DNA from: Chamaesiphon sp.
GTDB taxonomy: Bacteria > Cyanobacteriota > Cyanobacteriia > Cyanobacteriales > Chamaesiphonaceae
NCBI GenBank assembly: GCA_965246715.1
Contig: CBDFFH010000044.1
Span: 1-64,000 of the forward strand
Reading direction: 5' to 3'
DNA: 64,000 nucleotides
Within the stretch, counting starts at the first letter, position 1. Each line of letters starts with the position of its first letter. The notes under the pieces were generated by a model, which made no database searches, was not told where the DNA came from, and was given only the letters and a program-made list of their open reading frames with translations. Below are positions 50,675-61,152 of the stretch, piece by piece. A program made the position numbers and the translations under genes.

Positions 50675-52075
50675 ATGACAATGGATAACTACCGGATCGA
50701 AAAAGACTCGATGGGCGAACGTCAAATCCCAGCAGCTGCCTATTATGGAATTCAAACTCTGCGCGCGATCGAGAATTTCCCGATTAGTGGGTTGAAGCCA
50801 TTGGCTACCTATGTTGATGCCTGTATCTTAATCAAAAAGGCAGCGGCAATTGCCAATGGGGAATTGGGGTGTATCACTCCCGAACTCAGTCAATCGATAG
50901 TCACAGCAGCGGATGAAGTGTTGCAAGGGAAATTACGCGAGCAGTTTGTGGTGGATATCTATCAAGCTGGTGCCGGAACTTCGCACCACATGAACGTAAA
51001 TGAGGTTTTAGCCAACCGTGCGCTGGAATTGTTGGGGGATGTCAAGGGAAATTATCAGCGTGTCAGTCCCAACGATCATGTAAATTACGGTCAGTCTACC
51101 AATGATGTGATTCCTACCGCAATTCGGGTGGGGGGATTGTTGGCACTGACACATACTTTATTTCCCGCGCTCGATAGTGCGATCGCCGCGTTGGACAAAA
51201 AGGCGGTAGAATTTCACTCGATCGTCAAATCGGGACGCACTCACATGCAAGATGCCGTGCCCGTACGGTTGGGGGATAGTTTTGGGGCATTCGCGCAGAT
51301 TTTACGCGAACATCGAGAGCGGATTTCGGCAGCAGCGGGGGATTTGACACGGTTGGGTTTGGGTGGAAGTGCAGCGGGGACGGGGATGAATACACATCCG
51401 GAATATCGATCGCAAGTCGCCCAGATTTTGGGAGAATTAATCGGGCAACCGCTGACAGTCGCGCCACATCTGATGGCAGCGATGCAGAGTATGGCACCGT
51501 TTGTTAATGTGTCTGGCGGCTTGCGAAATCTCGCCGCAGACTGTGTGAAAATCTCTCACGACCTGCGCTTAATGGACTCGGGGCCAAAAACGGGGTTAAA
51601 AGAAATTCAACTGCCTCCCGTCCAACCTGGCTCGTCGATCATGCCAGGAAAATACAATCCCGTAATGGCGGAAATGATGTCGATGGTGTGTTTTCAGGTG
51701 ATGGGATACGATCGATCGATCGAGATGTGCGCCCAAGCGGGACAATTGGAATTAAATGTGATGATGCCGTTGATTGCCTACGATCTGATTCAGAGTATCG
51801 AGATTTTGGGTAAGGCGATTCAAGCTTTTACCGATAACTGTATCGTGGGGATTACGGCAAATGAAGCGCGGTGTCGGGATTATGCAGAGGGGAGCTTGGC
51901 GCTGGTAACGGCGTTGAATACCCACATCGGTTATCTAAATGCAGCAAATGTGGCAAAGGAGTCGTTGGTTACGGGTAAGTCGCTGCGGCAAATCGTCTTA
52001 GAGCAGGGGCTGATGGAGCCGGAGTTATTGGCACAGGTGTTGGATTTGGAAGGGATGAGTGAATTACCTAATTGA
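50675..52075 (+). CDS. aspA: Aspartate ammonia-lyase / class II fumarase family
   Basis: RIEKDSMG, GQSTNDV, GRTHMQDA, GSSIMPGKYNP; start moved to ATG 50675. Confidence 0.88.
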   Translation: MTMDNYRIEKDSMGERQIPAAAYYGIQTLRAIENFPISGLKPLATYVDACILIKKAAAIANGELGCITPELSQSIVTAADEVLQGKLREQFVVDIYQAGAGTSHHMNVNEVLANRALELLGDVKGNYQRVSPNDHVNYGQSTNDVIPTAIRVGGLLALTHTLFPALDSAIAALDKKAVEFHSIVKSGRTHMQDAVPVRLGDSFGAFAQILREHRERISAAAGDLTRLGLGGSAAGTGMNTHPEYRSQVAQILGELIGQPLTVAPHLMAAMQSMAPFVNVSGGLRNLAADCVKISHDLRLMDSGPKTGLKEIQLPPVQPGSSIMPGKYNPVMAEMMSMVCFQVMGYDRSIEMCAQAGQLELNVMMPLIAYDLIQSIEILGKAIQAFTDNCIVGITANEARCRDYAEGSLALVTALNTHIGYLNAANVAKESLVTGKSLRQIVLEQGLMEPELLAQVLDLEGMSELPN

Positions 52076-52240
52076 CAGGCTTCGATCTCATGATGTCGGT
52101 GATTTTTATCACTCGAATCGCGTCGCAACGGCATAATCGGACACACAACTATTGCTAAAAGTGATACTATCTGCAGCAGGCAATGTCTGGCTCGATCGAG
52201 AAGCATTGCTACTTTTGTGTGAGGAGTTCAACTAAAATTT

Positions 52241-53644
52241 ATGACTGTATCGAATCGCCGGATTAAACCCAGACTAGCGCTGGTGATGGCATTACTAACG
52301 ACGGTAACTGGGCTGATGAGTACCAGTTGTACCGATCCAAAAAATACGACAGGTGGAACTACTGGATCTACGCCGACGACTGGTGGTGATGGCAAAGGAT
52401 TAAAAATTGGCTCGCTGCTATCGGCGACTGGAGATACCGCATCGATCGCGCAAATCTTACCCACAGCGGTTAAAATGGCTGTCGATACCGTCAATAGTTG
52501 CGGTGGCGTAAATGGCGAACCCGTGACATTAATCTCGGAAGACGATCAAAGCGAGCCGAGCGCGGGTGCGTCCGCGATGACAAAATTGGTGTCGATCGAT
52601 AAAGTTTCGGGAGTCGTTGGTTCCTTCGGGAGTAGTATTTCTACCGCTGCGGCGGACATCGCTGTCAAAAACAAGGTGATGATTATTTCTCCTGGTAGTA
52701 CCAGCCCCGCATTTACCGAAAGAGCCAAACAGGGTGTCTATCAGGGTTATTGGGCGCGGACTGCGCCGCCAGATACTTACCAAGCTCAAGCGATGGCGCA
52801 ACTAGCAATTAAGAAAGGGTTTAAAAGAGTAGCCACGATCGCGATTAATAATGACTATGGCGTAGGTTTTGAAAAGGAATTTGTCAGCTCCTTCAAAAAA
52901 CTAGGCGGGACGATCGTTAACGAAGCCAAACCCACGCGTTATGATGCCAAAGGTGCGAGTTTTGAATCCGAAGTCAAAGAAGCTCTCAAAGATAAACCTC
53001 AAGCGCTCGCGGCGCTGGTTTATCCCGAAAGCGGTTCGATCTTGCTTAAAGATGCCTATCAGCAGGGTTTGAGCAAAGGGGTCACGATTATGCTGCCCGA
53101 TGGAGCTTACTCACCCAGCTTCCCGCAACAGGTCGGAAAAACTGCCGATGGCAAATTTATCCTTGAAGGAGCGATCGGCACGGTTCCTGGAGCACATGGC
53201 AAGGCTTTAGAGGACTTTAATAAAAAGTGGACGGCAACTGGCAAACCACTCACTGCCTATCTTCAACATTCTTGGGATGCGGCAGCATTATTGATGCTGG
53301 CAGCTCAGGCAGCTAAAACCAATACTGGGGAAGGGATCCAAAGTAAAGTGCGGGAAGTCGCGGGTGGCCCTGGCGAGGAAGTTTCGGATGTGTGTCAGGC
53401 GCTGACGTTGCTCAAAGCTGGGAAAAAAATTAACTACCAAGGTGCCAGCGGTAATGTCGATATCGATGCGCTAGGTGATGTCCTGGGGACTTACGATATT
53501 TGGCAGGTGCAAGCTGATGGTACGCTCAAAACAATCGATAAAGTCGATATTGCTAGTACCAGTCAACCTGCCAAGGCAGCTCCGACTAAAGCGGACGCAA
53601 AATCCGAGCCAAAACCTACCACTGCACCGGCAAAACCAAATTAG
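52241..53644 (+). CDS. Branched-chain/neutral amino acid ABC transporter substrate-binding lipoprotein
   Basis: Lipobox-like STSC, ISPGSTSP, RTAPPDTYQA, YQGASG. Confidence 0.88.
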   Translation: MTVSNRRIKPRLALVMALLTTVTGLMSTSCTDPKNTTGGTTGSTPTTGGDGKGLKIGSLLSATGDTASIAQILPTAVKMAVDTVNSCGGVNGEPVTLISEDDQSEPSAGASAMTKLVSIDKVSGVVGSFGSSISTAAADIAVKNKVMIISPGSTSPAFTERAKQGVYQGYWARTAPPDTYQAQAMAQLAIKKGFKRVATIAINNDYGVGFEKEFVSSFKKLGGTIVNEAKPTRYDAKGASFESEVKEALKDKPQALAALVYPESGSILLKDAYQQGLSKGVTIMLPDGAYSPSFPQQVGKTADGKFILEGAIGTVPGAHGKALEDFNKKWTATGKPLTAYLQHSWDAAALLMLAAQAAKTNTGEGIQSKVREVAGGPGEEVSDVCQALTLLKAGKKINYQGASGNVDIDALGDVLGTYDIWQVQADGTLKTIDKVDIASTSQPAKAAPTKADAKSEPKPTTAPAKPN

Positions 53645-53749
53645 GTAAGATCGGGGTAAGCTGTCCGACATCTAAATCGAGTTATCGCTGATGATTTTAG
53701 TGGTTAGTTATCGAATACTCAGTTTGAATGCACATCAGCTTATCCACCA

Positions 53750-53800
53750 GCGGCATTTTTATTCGGGGGTTCCCCCCGAATAAAAAAACGACAAGACAGC
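53750..53800. repeat. Dispersed repeat (copy of 38660-38710)
   Basis: GCGGCATTTTTATTCGGGGGTTCCCCCCGAATAAAAAAACGACAAGACAGC. Confidence 0.8.
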
Positions 53801-53840
53801 GGCACCCCGATGATTCGTGTTATTTATTCCCACCTTCTAA

Positions 53841-54464
53841 ATGATTTCTTACCTCAAAGGCACCGCTGTTGAGATTTTGACTCCGCCTAACAACCGGACG
53901 ATCTTGATCTTGGAAGTAAATGGGGTCGGTTATGAATTACAAGTGCCCCAACGCACGATCGCAGCGATAGTCCCGAACGCCGAAATTCAGATTTTTACCC
54001 ATCAACAAATGCGTGAAGAACAAATCGCGATTTATGGGTTTAGTAGTGCCGCCGAGCGCGATTTATTTCGACAATTAATTAGTGTCAGTGGGGTAGGCGC
54101 GAGTTTGGCGATCGCGTTATTGGATAAACTCGGATTGGTAGATACCGTCCAGGCGATTGTCACGAGTAATATTCAACGACTATCCACCGCCCCAGGAGTA
54201 GGTAAAAAAACTGCCGAACGTCTAGCGCTCGAACTGCGGGGCAAACTCGGACAATGGCGCATCGCATCTGGATTGTCCGCAGACTTACCACTTACAAGCT
54301 TGAATCAAACTATGCAAGCTGAAGTAGAAATGACCATGTTAGCTTTGGGCTATACAAATGACGAAATTCATCAGGCTTTACAAGCGATCGGTCGAGATAG
54401 TTTGATGGTAAAAAGTCAAAACATTGAAGACTGGCTGCGGCTAGCGATCGCAAGTATCGAATAG
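53841..54464 (+). CDS. ruvA: Holliday junction branch migration protein RuvA
   Basis: MISYLKG, LEVNGVGY, LISVSGVG, PGVGKKTAERLALEL. Confidence 0.96.
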   Translation: MISYLKGTAVEILTPPNNRTILILEVNGVGYELQVPQRTIAAIVPNAEIQIFTHQQMREEQIAIYGFSSAAERDLFRQLISVSGVGASLAIALLDKLGLVDTVQAIVTSNIQRLSTAPGVGKKTAERLALELRGKLGQWRIASGLSADLPLTSLNQTMQAEVEMTMLALGYTNDEIHQALQAIGRDSLMVKSQNIEDWLRLAIASIE

Positions 54465-54798
54465 ACTCTGCGGTTATAAGTCGCTGGAGTTATGGTATGG
54501 TTATGAGTGAATTTAACTGTTTTTGTTAGCATCGGTACTAGCACAATCTTATCGATCGGCTTGCCGTCTGTCTGATTGCAATTATTCGGCTAGCCCTGTA
54601 GTTGGCTTGTCGAGCAATAGACCAGTAGCTTTTTACTGCGGGTTTCCCGATAAGCGCCTACCGCTGCGACAGCAATTGTTAAATCTCTACTCCTACAGAT
54701 TGGCAACCATCGCACGATAATGTATTTGGTAAGATCGTGAGATAACTGATTGCGATTGCAGTCGCTCAACCATTCATAATTCATAATTCATAATTCTC

Positions 54799-55362
54799 AT
54801 GCCTTCATCACCCCAGTCCGAAGATTTTGATGATGCCGAGTTAGTTACGCTGACCGATGAAACTGGGCGCAAACTTCCCTGTTACATCGAGCGCGAACTC
54901 GAACTTGACGGTAAAACTTACTTGCTATTATTGCCAGTAGATGCACCGATTGAAATCTTTGCTTGGAATGAAGATGATGAAGTCGCCGAGCTAGTTCCAG
55001 TCGAAGAAGATGAAGAGATCGAGCGGATCTTTGCCGACGCTCATGCCGTGCTATCCGAGCAAAATCTCGCACTCAAACGGACTGCTTTTACACTGAGTGC
55101 GGTTGGTGAATTGCCGCCACTCGATCCGACAGAAGTCGTCACGATCGAACTCGATGAAGCAGACGACCAATTAGAGCCAGAAGAATTTCAAATTCTCGCT
55201 CGTTTTTATAACGAAGAACAAGAATATGCGATTTGTACTCCGGTCGATCCATTACTATTTTTCGGTAAAACCGACGATAACGATCTGGTAACGCTATTAT
55301 CTGAAAAGGAAGCCGAACAACTCCAACCACTGCTTGAAGATATGTTATTAGATGAAATCTAA
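54799..55362 (+). CDS. DUF3727/DUF1292 family protein
   Basis: TLTDETGRKLPCYIE, LKRTAFTL; typical position before mltG. Confidence 0.82.
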   Translation: MPSSPQSEDFDDAELVTLTDETGRKLPCYIERELELDGKTYLLLLPVDAPIEIFAWNEDDEVAELVPVEEDEEIERIFADAHAVLSEQNLALKRTAFTLSAVGELPPLDPTEVVTIELDEADDQLEPEEFQILARFYNEEQEYAICTPVDPLLFFGKTDDNDLVTLLSEKEAEQLQPLLEDMLLDEI

Positions 55363-56440
55363 CACTAACAAATCACGATCGCAACACCGCAAAACTGCTC
55401 CCAAGTGGTTGTTTATCATCGCCCCGATCGCTTTGCTATCAGCCGCAGGTGGCATTGGGGCAGCTTGGTGGAATGGGATTTCTGCCCCAGCCTCGACCGA
55501 CCCCAATGCCAAAACAATCCAAATTCAAGTCAAATCGGGTACCTCCGCTCAAGCTATCGGTCAGGAATTAGAAGCAAAAGGCGCAATTAAGTCCCAACTT
55601 GCGTGGAAACTGTTGACGGCTTGGCAATCAAAACAAGGCAAAGGGGCACCACAAAAAGGGACGTACGAGGTATCTCCCAATCAGCCATTGTCTGTAGTTG
55701 CCGCCCAAATTTCCGAAGGTAAAGTCATCCAATCTGGGTTTGTGATCCGCGAAGGCTGGAGGATCGAGCAGATGGGTGAATACTTTGAAAAGCAAGGGAT
55801 GTTTAAAGCGGCTGATTTTGTTGCCGCCACCAAGGAAATTCCCAAGGATAAATTTCCCTGGTTGCCCGATGGATTAACGCATCTAGAAGGATTTCTCTAT
55901 CCCGAAACCTATAAAGTACCCACCGAGACGATTACCCCTAAAGGTGTGGTGACGCAAATGCTCAAGCAGTTCGAGCAGGTAGCATTACCAGAATATAACA
56001 AGGTCGCCGATCCCCAGAAATTAAGCCTGTTGAAATGGGTGAGTTTGGCAAGTGTCGTCGAAAAAGAAGCGGTCATCCCGGCCGAGCGACCGAAAATTGC
56101 TGGGGTATTTATGACGCGATTGGCAAAAAACATGCCATTAGGTTCCGATCCAACAGTGGAATATGGGCTGGGGATCAAACAAACTGCCGATCGACCGCTA
56201 ACTTTTGCGGAAGTCAAACGGCCAAACCCCTATAATACCTATATCAATCCTGGAATTCCGCCGGGGCCGATCTCTAGTCCCAGCATCGGTAGCTTAAAAG
56301 CGGTGCTCCAACCAGATAGTACCGATCTACTGTATTTTGTGGCTAAATATGATGGGACGCATGTATTTAGCAAGACGCTATCGGAACATGTCGCTGCAAC
56401 TAATGCTATTCGTCAGCAACGTCAAGCTGGCAAAAAATAA
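55352..56440 (+). CDS. mltG: Endolytic transglycosylase MltG
   Basis: LEGFLYPETY, LASVVEKE, LGSDPTVEY, PYNTY..PG.PPGPI. Confidence 0.95.
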   Translation: MKSNTNKSRSQHRKTAPKWLFIIAPIALLSAAGGIGAAWWNGISAPASTDPNAKTIQIQVKSGTSAQAIGQELEAKGAIKSQLAWKLLTAWQSKQGKGAPQKGTYEVSPNQPLSVVAAQISEGKVIQSGFVIREGWRIEQMGEYFEKQGMFKAADFVAATKEIPKDKFPWLPDGLTHLEGFLYPETYKVPTETITPKGVVTQMLKQFEQVALPEYNKVADPQKLSLLKWVSLASVVEKEAVIPAERPKIAGVFMTRLAKNMPLGSDPTVEYGLGIKQTADRPLTFAEVKRPNPYNTYINPGIPPGPISSPSIGSLKAVLQPDSTDLLYFVAKYDGTHVFSKTLSEHVAATNAIRQQRQAGKK

Positions 56441-56578
56441 TCGCTCGCACCCGTTCCCCGATCGCTAGCTGCTCCATCGATAATTATTTCTATGGGGTTA
56501 GCTCCGCGCCAACAATTCACCAAAGATAATAGGTACTCTGTTGCTAGGGTGAATTATAAAGTTTAGATGATTTGAAAT

Positions 56579-57106
56579 ATGGCACTATTTCCGTTGTTAC
56601 AACCCGATTTGGTATTGGGTAGTTCTATTTTGGCTTTGACTCCCGAACTCCTTGTCAAACATCAGATTGAAGGGATGGTTTTGGATGTAGACGATACGAT
56701 CGTTCCGATCGGGTGTAGCATGGCGGAGCCAGCATTGATGATGTGGATCGAGCAGATCAAACAATTGATACCACTTTGGTTGGTGACCAATAATCCCAAT
56801 CAAGTTAGGATTGGGGCGATCGCGGATAGCTTATCAGTACCATATTTTTTAAGTGCGGCAAAACCCTCCCGCCGCAAATTGCGCCAAGCAGTTGAAGCGA
56901 TGAAAATCGAACCCGCACGCGTAGCGATGGTCGGCGATCGGGTATTTACAGATGTCTTGGCAGGCAATCGGCTGGGAATGTTTACGATCCTGATCGAACC
57001 GATCGTCAGCGAAAATTCGACTGTTGGATTCGACCTATTACGGCAGGCTGAATTTGCGATCGCGAGATTATCGGGTGTCTCTTTGACTGCATCGCCTAGA
57101 AGCTAG
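56579..57106 (+). CDS. yqeG: YqeG family HAD IIIA phosphatase
   Basis: LDVDDT, AAKP, MVGDRVFTDVLAGNRLG. Confidence 0.93.
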   Translation: MALFPLLQPDLVLGSSILALTPELLVKHQIEGMVLDVDDTIVPIGCSMAEPALMMWIEQIKQLIPLWLVTNNPNQVRIGAIADSLSVPYFLSAAKPSRRKLRQAVEAMKIEPARVAMVGDRVFTDVLAGNRLGMFTILIEPIVSENSTVGFDLLRQAEFAIARLSGVSLTASPRS

Positions 57107-57116
57107 TAGTTTATTC

Positions 57117-57229
57117 TTCACAGCCTGCATTAAAACAAAGTTACTAGTGGCTAGTGGCTAGTGGCTAGTACTCAGGAGTATGTTTTGTGGTGATTTAACC
57201 AGTTTTTATGTACTGTTGCAAGATAGAAG
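57117..57229. mobile_element. MITE with TAGTGGC heptamer repeats (uninterrupted copy)
   Basis: Reverse complement aligns to 43010-43050 joined with 44190-44267. Confidence 0.75.
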
Positions 57230-57469
57230 ATTACCGATATCCGAGCGACGATCGGCTGGAAATGTTGGTAAAACTCCGTGCTAACAACTCGATCGCCAGC
57301 TTCGCACTGCGTTCGGATATTGAGTTAGCGATCGCTAGCCGATCGAGTGACGATCCGCTCGTAGAAAAATAAATCTTAATATCTTAGAATAAATCTTGAC
57401 CAAATCGAAATATAAATAAATCATTAAGAAACTGGGGATCGCTAAAAAGATCTGTCATCATTAATACAT

Positions 57470-57575
57470 ATCAAATGGAGCCAGCTCATATAAAGGCTCT
57501 AAACATAATATAAAATACTAAACCTTCAGAGCGTTAGCTGCCACCTCAGGCAGTTGGCGCTCTGAAAAATTTTAA
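57470..57575 (+). ncRNA. Putative sRNA or structured leader upstream of proB
   Basis: Hairpin GAGCC...GGCTC, then the strong stem TTCAGAGCGTTAGCTGCC/GGCAGTTGGCGCTCTGAA. Confidence 0.4.
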
Positions 57576-57661
57576 GGGGAGATAGTTATCTATTATTATT
57601 TAGTATTCCCACTCCATCGCCGAAAGCATCGATCCCTTGCACTTGCGCCCCGATCCCCATC

Positions 57662-58768
57662 ATGTCTCAGACCCTAGTCATTAAAGTTGGTACGTCGAGT
57701 CTCACCCGTGGCGATGGCAGACTAGCTTTATCAGCGATCGCCGCATTGGTTGAGACGATTGTCGATTTACGCGATCGCGGTTATCAAATTATATTGGTAT
57801 CTTCTGGTGCGGTTGGAGTTGGCGCAGCTCGACTCGGGATGACCGAAAGACCTAAAACGATCGCCCTCAAGCAAGCAGCAGCGGCAGTAGGACAAGGCAT
57901 CATCATGCGGGTATATGACGATCTATTTCGCGAACACCAGCAGCCAGTGGCCCAAATACTGCTGACGCGGAGCGATCTCGACCGGCGGAGTAGTTATATT
58001 AATGCTTACAATACCTTCAACGAGCTATTGCGATTGGGCGTAATGCCGATCGTCAACGAAAATGATACGGTGGCGGTAGACGAGCTAAAATTTGGCGATA
58101 ACGATACGCTCTCGGCACGGGTAGCTAGCACGATCGATGCCGACTGGTTATTTTTGCTCACAGATGTCGATCGATTGTACTCTGCAGATCCACGCAAGTT
58201 TCCCGATGCCCAACCGATCGTTCAAATCGATCGCTTAGAAGATTTAGCCGCGCTGCAAATCCAAACTGGCGGCAAAGGTTCGCAATGGGGAACGGGTGGC
58301 ATGGTAACGAAAATAGCTGCCGCACAGATTGCAACGAGCGCGGGAGTCAGAACCGCAATTACCCACGGGCAATTTCCGCAGAATATCCTGCGAATTTTGC
58401 AAGGCGAACCATTAGGAACGCAATTTACACCGCAATTACGTGCAGACAGTGCGCGAAAGCGCTGGATTGCGCATGGATTGGTACCAGTGGGGAAGGTTTA
58501 TCTCGATCCTGGCGCGGTACGGGCAATTTTAACCGACGGGAAATCTTTATTACCAGCCGGAATTACCCAGATTGAGGGTGACTTTGAGGCGACAGATGCC
58601 GTGCAATTATGCGACGATCTCGGCCGAGAGATTGCCAAGGGGATTGTTAACTATAGTAGTATAGAGCTAGTTCGCATCCACGGACATCGATCGAGTGACA
58701 TCGCCGAATTACTCGGTTACATCGGCGAAGATACGGTCGTCCATCGAGACAATCTAGTATTGAGTTAG
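57662..58768 (+). CDS. proB: Glutamate 5-kinase
   Basis: [41 protein letters not shown] domain. Confidence 0.97.
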   Translation: MSQTLVIKVGTSSLTRGDGRLALSAIAALVETIVDLRDRGYQIILVSSGAVGVGAARLGMTERPKTIALKQAAAAVGQGIIMRVYDDLFREHQQPVAQILLTRSDLDRRSSYINAYNTFNELLRLGVMPIVNENDTVAVDELKFGDNDTLSARVASTIDADWLFLLTDVDRLYSADPRKFPDAQPIVQIDRLEDLAALQIQTGGKGSQWGTGGMVTKIAAAQIATSAGVRTAITHGQFPQNILRILQGEPLGTQFTPQLRADSARKRWIAHGLVPVGKVYLDPGAVRAILTDGKSLLPAGITQIEGDFEATDAVQLCDDLGREIAKGIVNYSSIELVRIHGHRSSDIAELLGYIGEDTVVHRDNLVLS

Positions 58769-59007
58769 CAATCGATCGCCCCACCCTGTTGTGTAACGCT
58801 AGCAGCCTGATGGCGATCGTGATTTGGAGAGTAGCGAACAATCGGAATACATTTGTCAAAAAGACGCGCTCTAGATTTTGACGATCTAAGGATAATTCGG
58901 CGTTGCTGAATTCAGGGATGATTTATTTTAGAGCCAAACCCTAAAATTTAGGGTAGGGGCAACTCATACCGCAATTGAGCAATCCCGATAATTCTTGGTA
59001 AATATTG

Positions 59008-59565
59008 TTATCGTTCCTCTTTTCTAAACTCTGATGGACTCATCCGTAGTGGTCGATCGGGATTCCAAATGCCGCGCCCCATCAGCCGTGCGTATTGACT
59101 GCCACGACTGAACCGTTCGCGATATTTGGCACCATTGGGGGCAGTAGTAGTCGCACTCGCCGATCGCATATTTGGCAGTACATAGCCATCTTTGAGTAAT
59201 TGTTCGTTCAGCAATCGACCATCTTTCCAGAGATAGACAAATTTACGCCCGAATTTATCCGCATCCGTCTCTTCTAATTCGACGCTCACGGTCTCTTTGT
59301 CAGTTGTGCCGATTAGTTCCTCCAATCGTTGTTTCGCCTGCTTGCCCCAAGGCTCTTGAGCCAGATCTGGGGCATCGATACCGATCAAGCGTCCTTGTTG
59401 AATTATTGGAGGCTGTTGCGATCGATCGATCCACTCGATCGAGTGTCCGCTGATTACCCGACTAATCTTTACTGTTGGATAGTTAGGTGGCGTTGACTGG
59501 CAGCCAGTTAGCAATAATAATGCAGTGGAGATCGTGCAAAACTGAAGTCTCAGACAGAAATTCAT
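59008..59565 (-). CDS. Thermonuclease (SNase) family lipoprotein
   Basis: Lipobox LTGC, RLIGIDAP, DKFGR, LNEQLLKDG. Confidence 0.85.
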   Translation of the reverse strand: MNFCLRLQFCTISTALLLLTGCQSTPPNYPTVKISRVISGHSIEWIDRSQQPPIIQQGRLIGIDAPDLAQEPWGKQAKQRLEELIGTTDKETVSVELEETDADKFGRKFVYLWKDGRLLNEQLLKDGYVLPNMRSASATTTAPNGAKYRERFSRGSQYARLMGRGIWNPDRPLRMSPSEFRKEER

Positions 59566-59573
59566 AATTATAT

Positions 59574-59939
59574 TTATTCTTCGATCGGCAGTCCGTGTTT
59601 AATTTTGCCCTTCGCAAAGTAACGTCCGAACTGAAGTTCGTAGACTTCATCTTCATCCTGAGTTTCGACTTCTAAGTCGGAACATGCATAGCTGACACAC
59701 AGCAATGCATAACCTTGACTTTGTAATTGCGGCGATAATCCCATTGCTTCTGGCTGTTCCAAGTGTCCCGATTTGACCCGGACGGCACAAGCAGTACAGG
59801 CACCATTGCGGCAGGAAAAGGGCAGTTTCAAGCCTTGAGCTTCGACACTAGGAAGGATATATCGATCGTTCGGAACGCTTGCTTGATGATAGGTATCGGT
59901 TTGGCGATCGTAGATTTTGATTTGATAGTGGGGAGTCAT
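59574..59939 (-). CDS. 2Fe-2S ferredoxin, Fed2/FdC2 type with C-terminal extension
   Basis: CRNGACTAC...LLCV and QDEDEVYELQFGRYF tail. Confidence 0.92.
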   Translation of the reverse strand: MTPHYQIKIYDRQTDTYHQASVPNDRYILPSVEAQGLKLPFSCRNGACTACAVRVKSGHLEQPEAMGLSPQLQSQGYALLCVSYACSDLEVETQDEDEVYELQFGRYFAKGKIKHGLPIEE

Positions 59940-60098
59940 GAATAGTGGCTAGTGGCTAGTGAGTGTGACTGATAGCGAGAAAGGATATCCAGCTGGATAT
60001 CTTTTTGAATGAGAAGGGGTAAGAGCTATTTTAATTCTGAATTTGTCCGACCGCTCTTAAACTTCAAACCCTAGCCACTAGTCACTACTTATTATCAG

Positions 60099-60128
60099 TT
60101 GACAGTTGGTAAAAGTCTAGGTTATGCT
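60099..60128 (+). promoter_or_regulatory. Sigma70 promoter of tRNA-Ser
   Basis: TTGACA-N18-TATGCT. Confidence 0.6.
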
Positions 60129-60161
60129 AGTTAAGCGGTAAAATTTACCCAAGCTTGTCTT

Positions 60162-60246
60162 GGAGAAGTGGCCGAGTGGTCGAAGGCGCAGCACTGGAAA
60201 TGCTGTGTAGGGCAACTTACCGTGGGTTCGAATCCCACCTTCTCCG
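60162..60246 (+). tRNA. tRNA-Ser(GGA)
   Basis: Acceptor GGAGAAG/CTTCTCC, anticodon arm CAGCA-CTGGAAA-TGCTG, long variable arm, GGTTCGAATCC; no encoded CCA. Confidence 0.96.
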
Positions 60247-60480
60247 TTATAAAGCAAAATAAGCTCCACTCTCATTGTAGAATGGGGCTTGTTTTTGTCG
60301 ATTTTTAATATTTTTAATTATTCTTGGTTGTTCATTTGCTCGTGTTCTCGATCTAACCGAAGCACAAATTTCGACGCTCTTTGACTATAACGATCGACCG
60401 GATTTATCATTGCGATTTTCTTGCCCAGTTGTTAACAATTGTGGATTAGCCTGTACAGTAGCGTTAAAATAACAGCTACG

Positions 60481-61152
60481 ATGCCAAAATTACTTCCCAC
60501 CAAAGTTACTAAATTTAGCCTTTCACTCAGTTTTGTTGTCTTGCTGGGTTGTCTGTGTTTACTCGCCTTATTTGGCTGGCTCAGTCAAGAAATATTAGAG
60601 AAAGAGGTATTTAGCTTCGACACGACAATTTTATGGTGGTTGCATCGACATAGTAATGCCACGATCGATAATATGATGCTAGGTATCACCAATCTCGGCA
60701 ATCCAGAATTTGTCGTAGTATTGGTAACGATTTGTTTTAGCTTATTACTCTGGTATAAAAGGTATTGGGCTGCTCAAATTTTGTTTTTGACCTGTTTGGG
60801 TGCGGTGATTCTCAATCAAGGCTTAAAGCTCGTGTTTGTGCGACCTCGACCGCAATTATGGCCGCACCTAATCGTCGAGCATACTTATAGCTATCCGAGC
60901 GGTCATGCACTGGGTTCGGCGGTCTTGTATGGGTTTCTGGCTGTTTTGTTAGCGCGTGAGTATCCACGTTACCGGATGGGGATTTATAGTATTGCCATCT
61001 TACTTGTAGCAGCGATCGGGTTGAGTCGGTTATTCTTGGGCGTTCACTACCCTACCGATATCATTGCCGGGTATGCGGTGGGGATACCTTGGCTGAGTGC
61101 CTGCATCAAACTTTTGCAAATCGGCTCCAACAGAGAACTTGAGGATCGATGA
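60481..61152 (+). CDS. PAP2 family phosphatase
   Basis: KLVFVRPRP, YPSGHA, SRLFLGVHYPTD. Confidence 0.92.
   Translation: MPKLLPTKVTKFSLSLSFVVLLGCLCLLALFGWLSQEILEKEVFSFDTTILWWLHRHSNATIDNMMLGITNLGNPEFVVVLVTICFSLLLWYKRYWAAQILFLTCLGAVILNQGLKLVFVRPRPQLWPHLIVEHTYSYPSGHALGSAVLYGFLAVLLAREYPRYRMGIYSIAILLVAAIGLSRLFLGVHYPTDIIAGYAVGIPWLSACIKLLQIGSNRELEDR

Noticed and set aside
54480..54790. Possible ruvX/yqgF or small ORFs between ruvA and DUF3727
   Set aside because: No RuvX motifs recognised in the frames read; the 64-65-aa ORFs are unsupported.
60162..60300. tRNA-Ser as an island integration site
   Set aside because: No duplicated tRNA 3' end or integrase seen; flanking genes are housekeeping.
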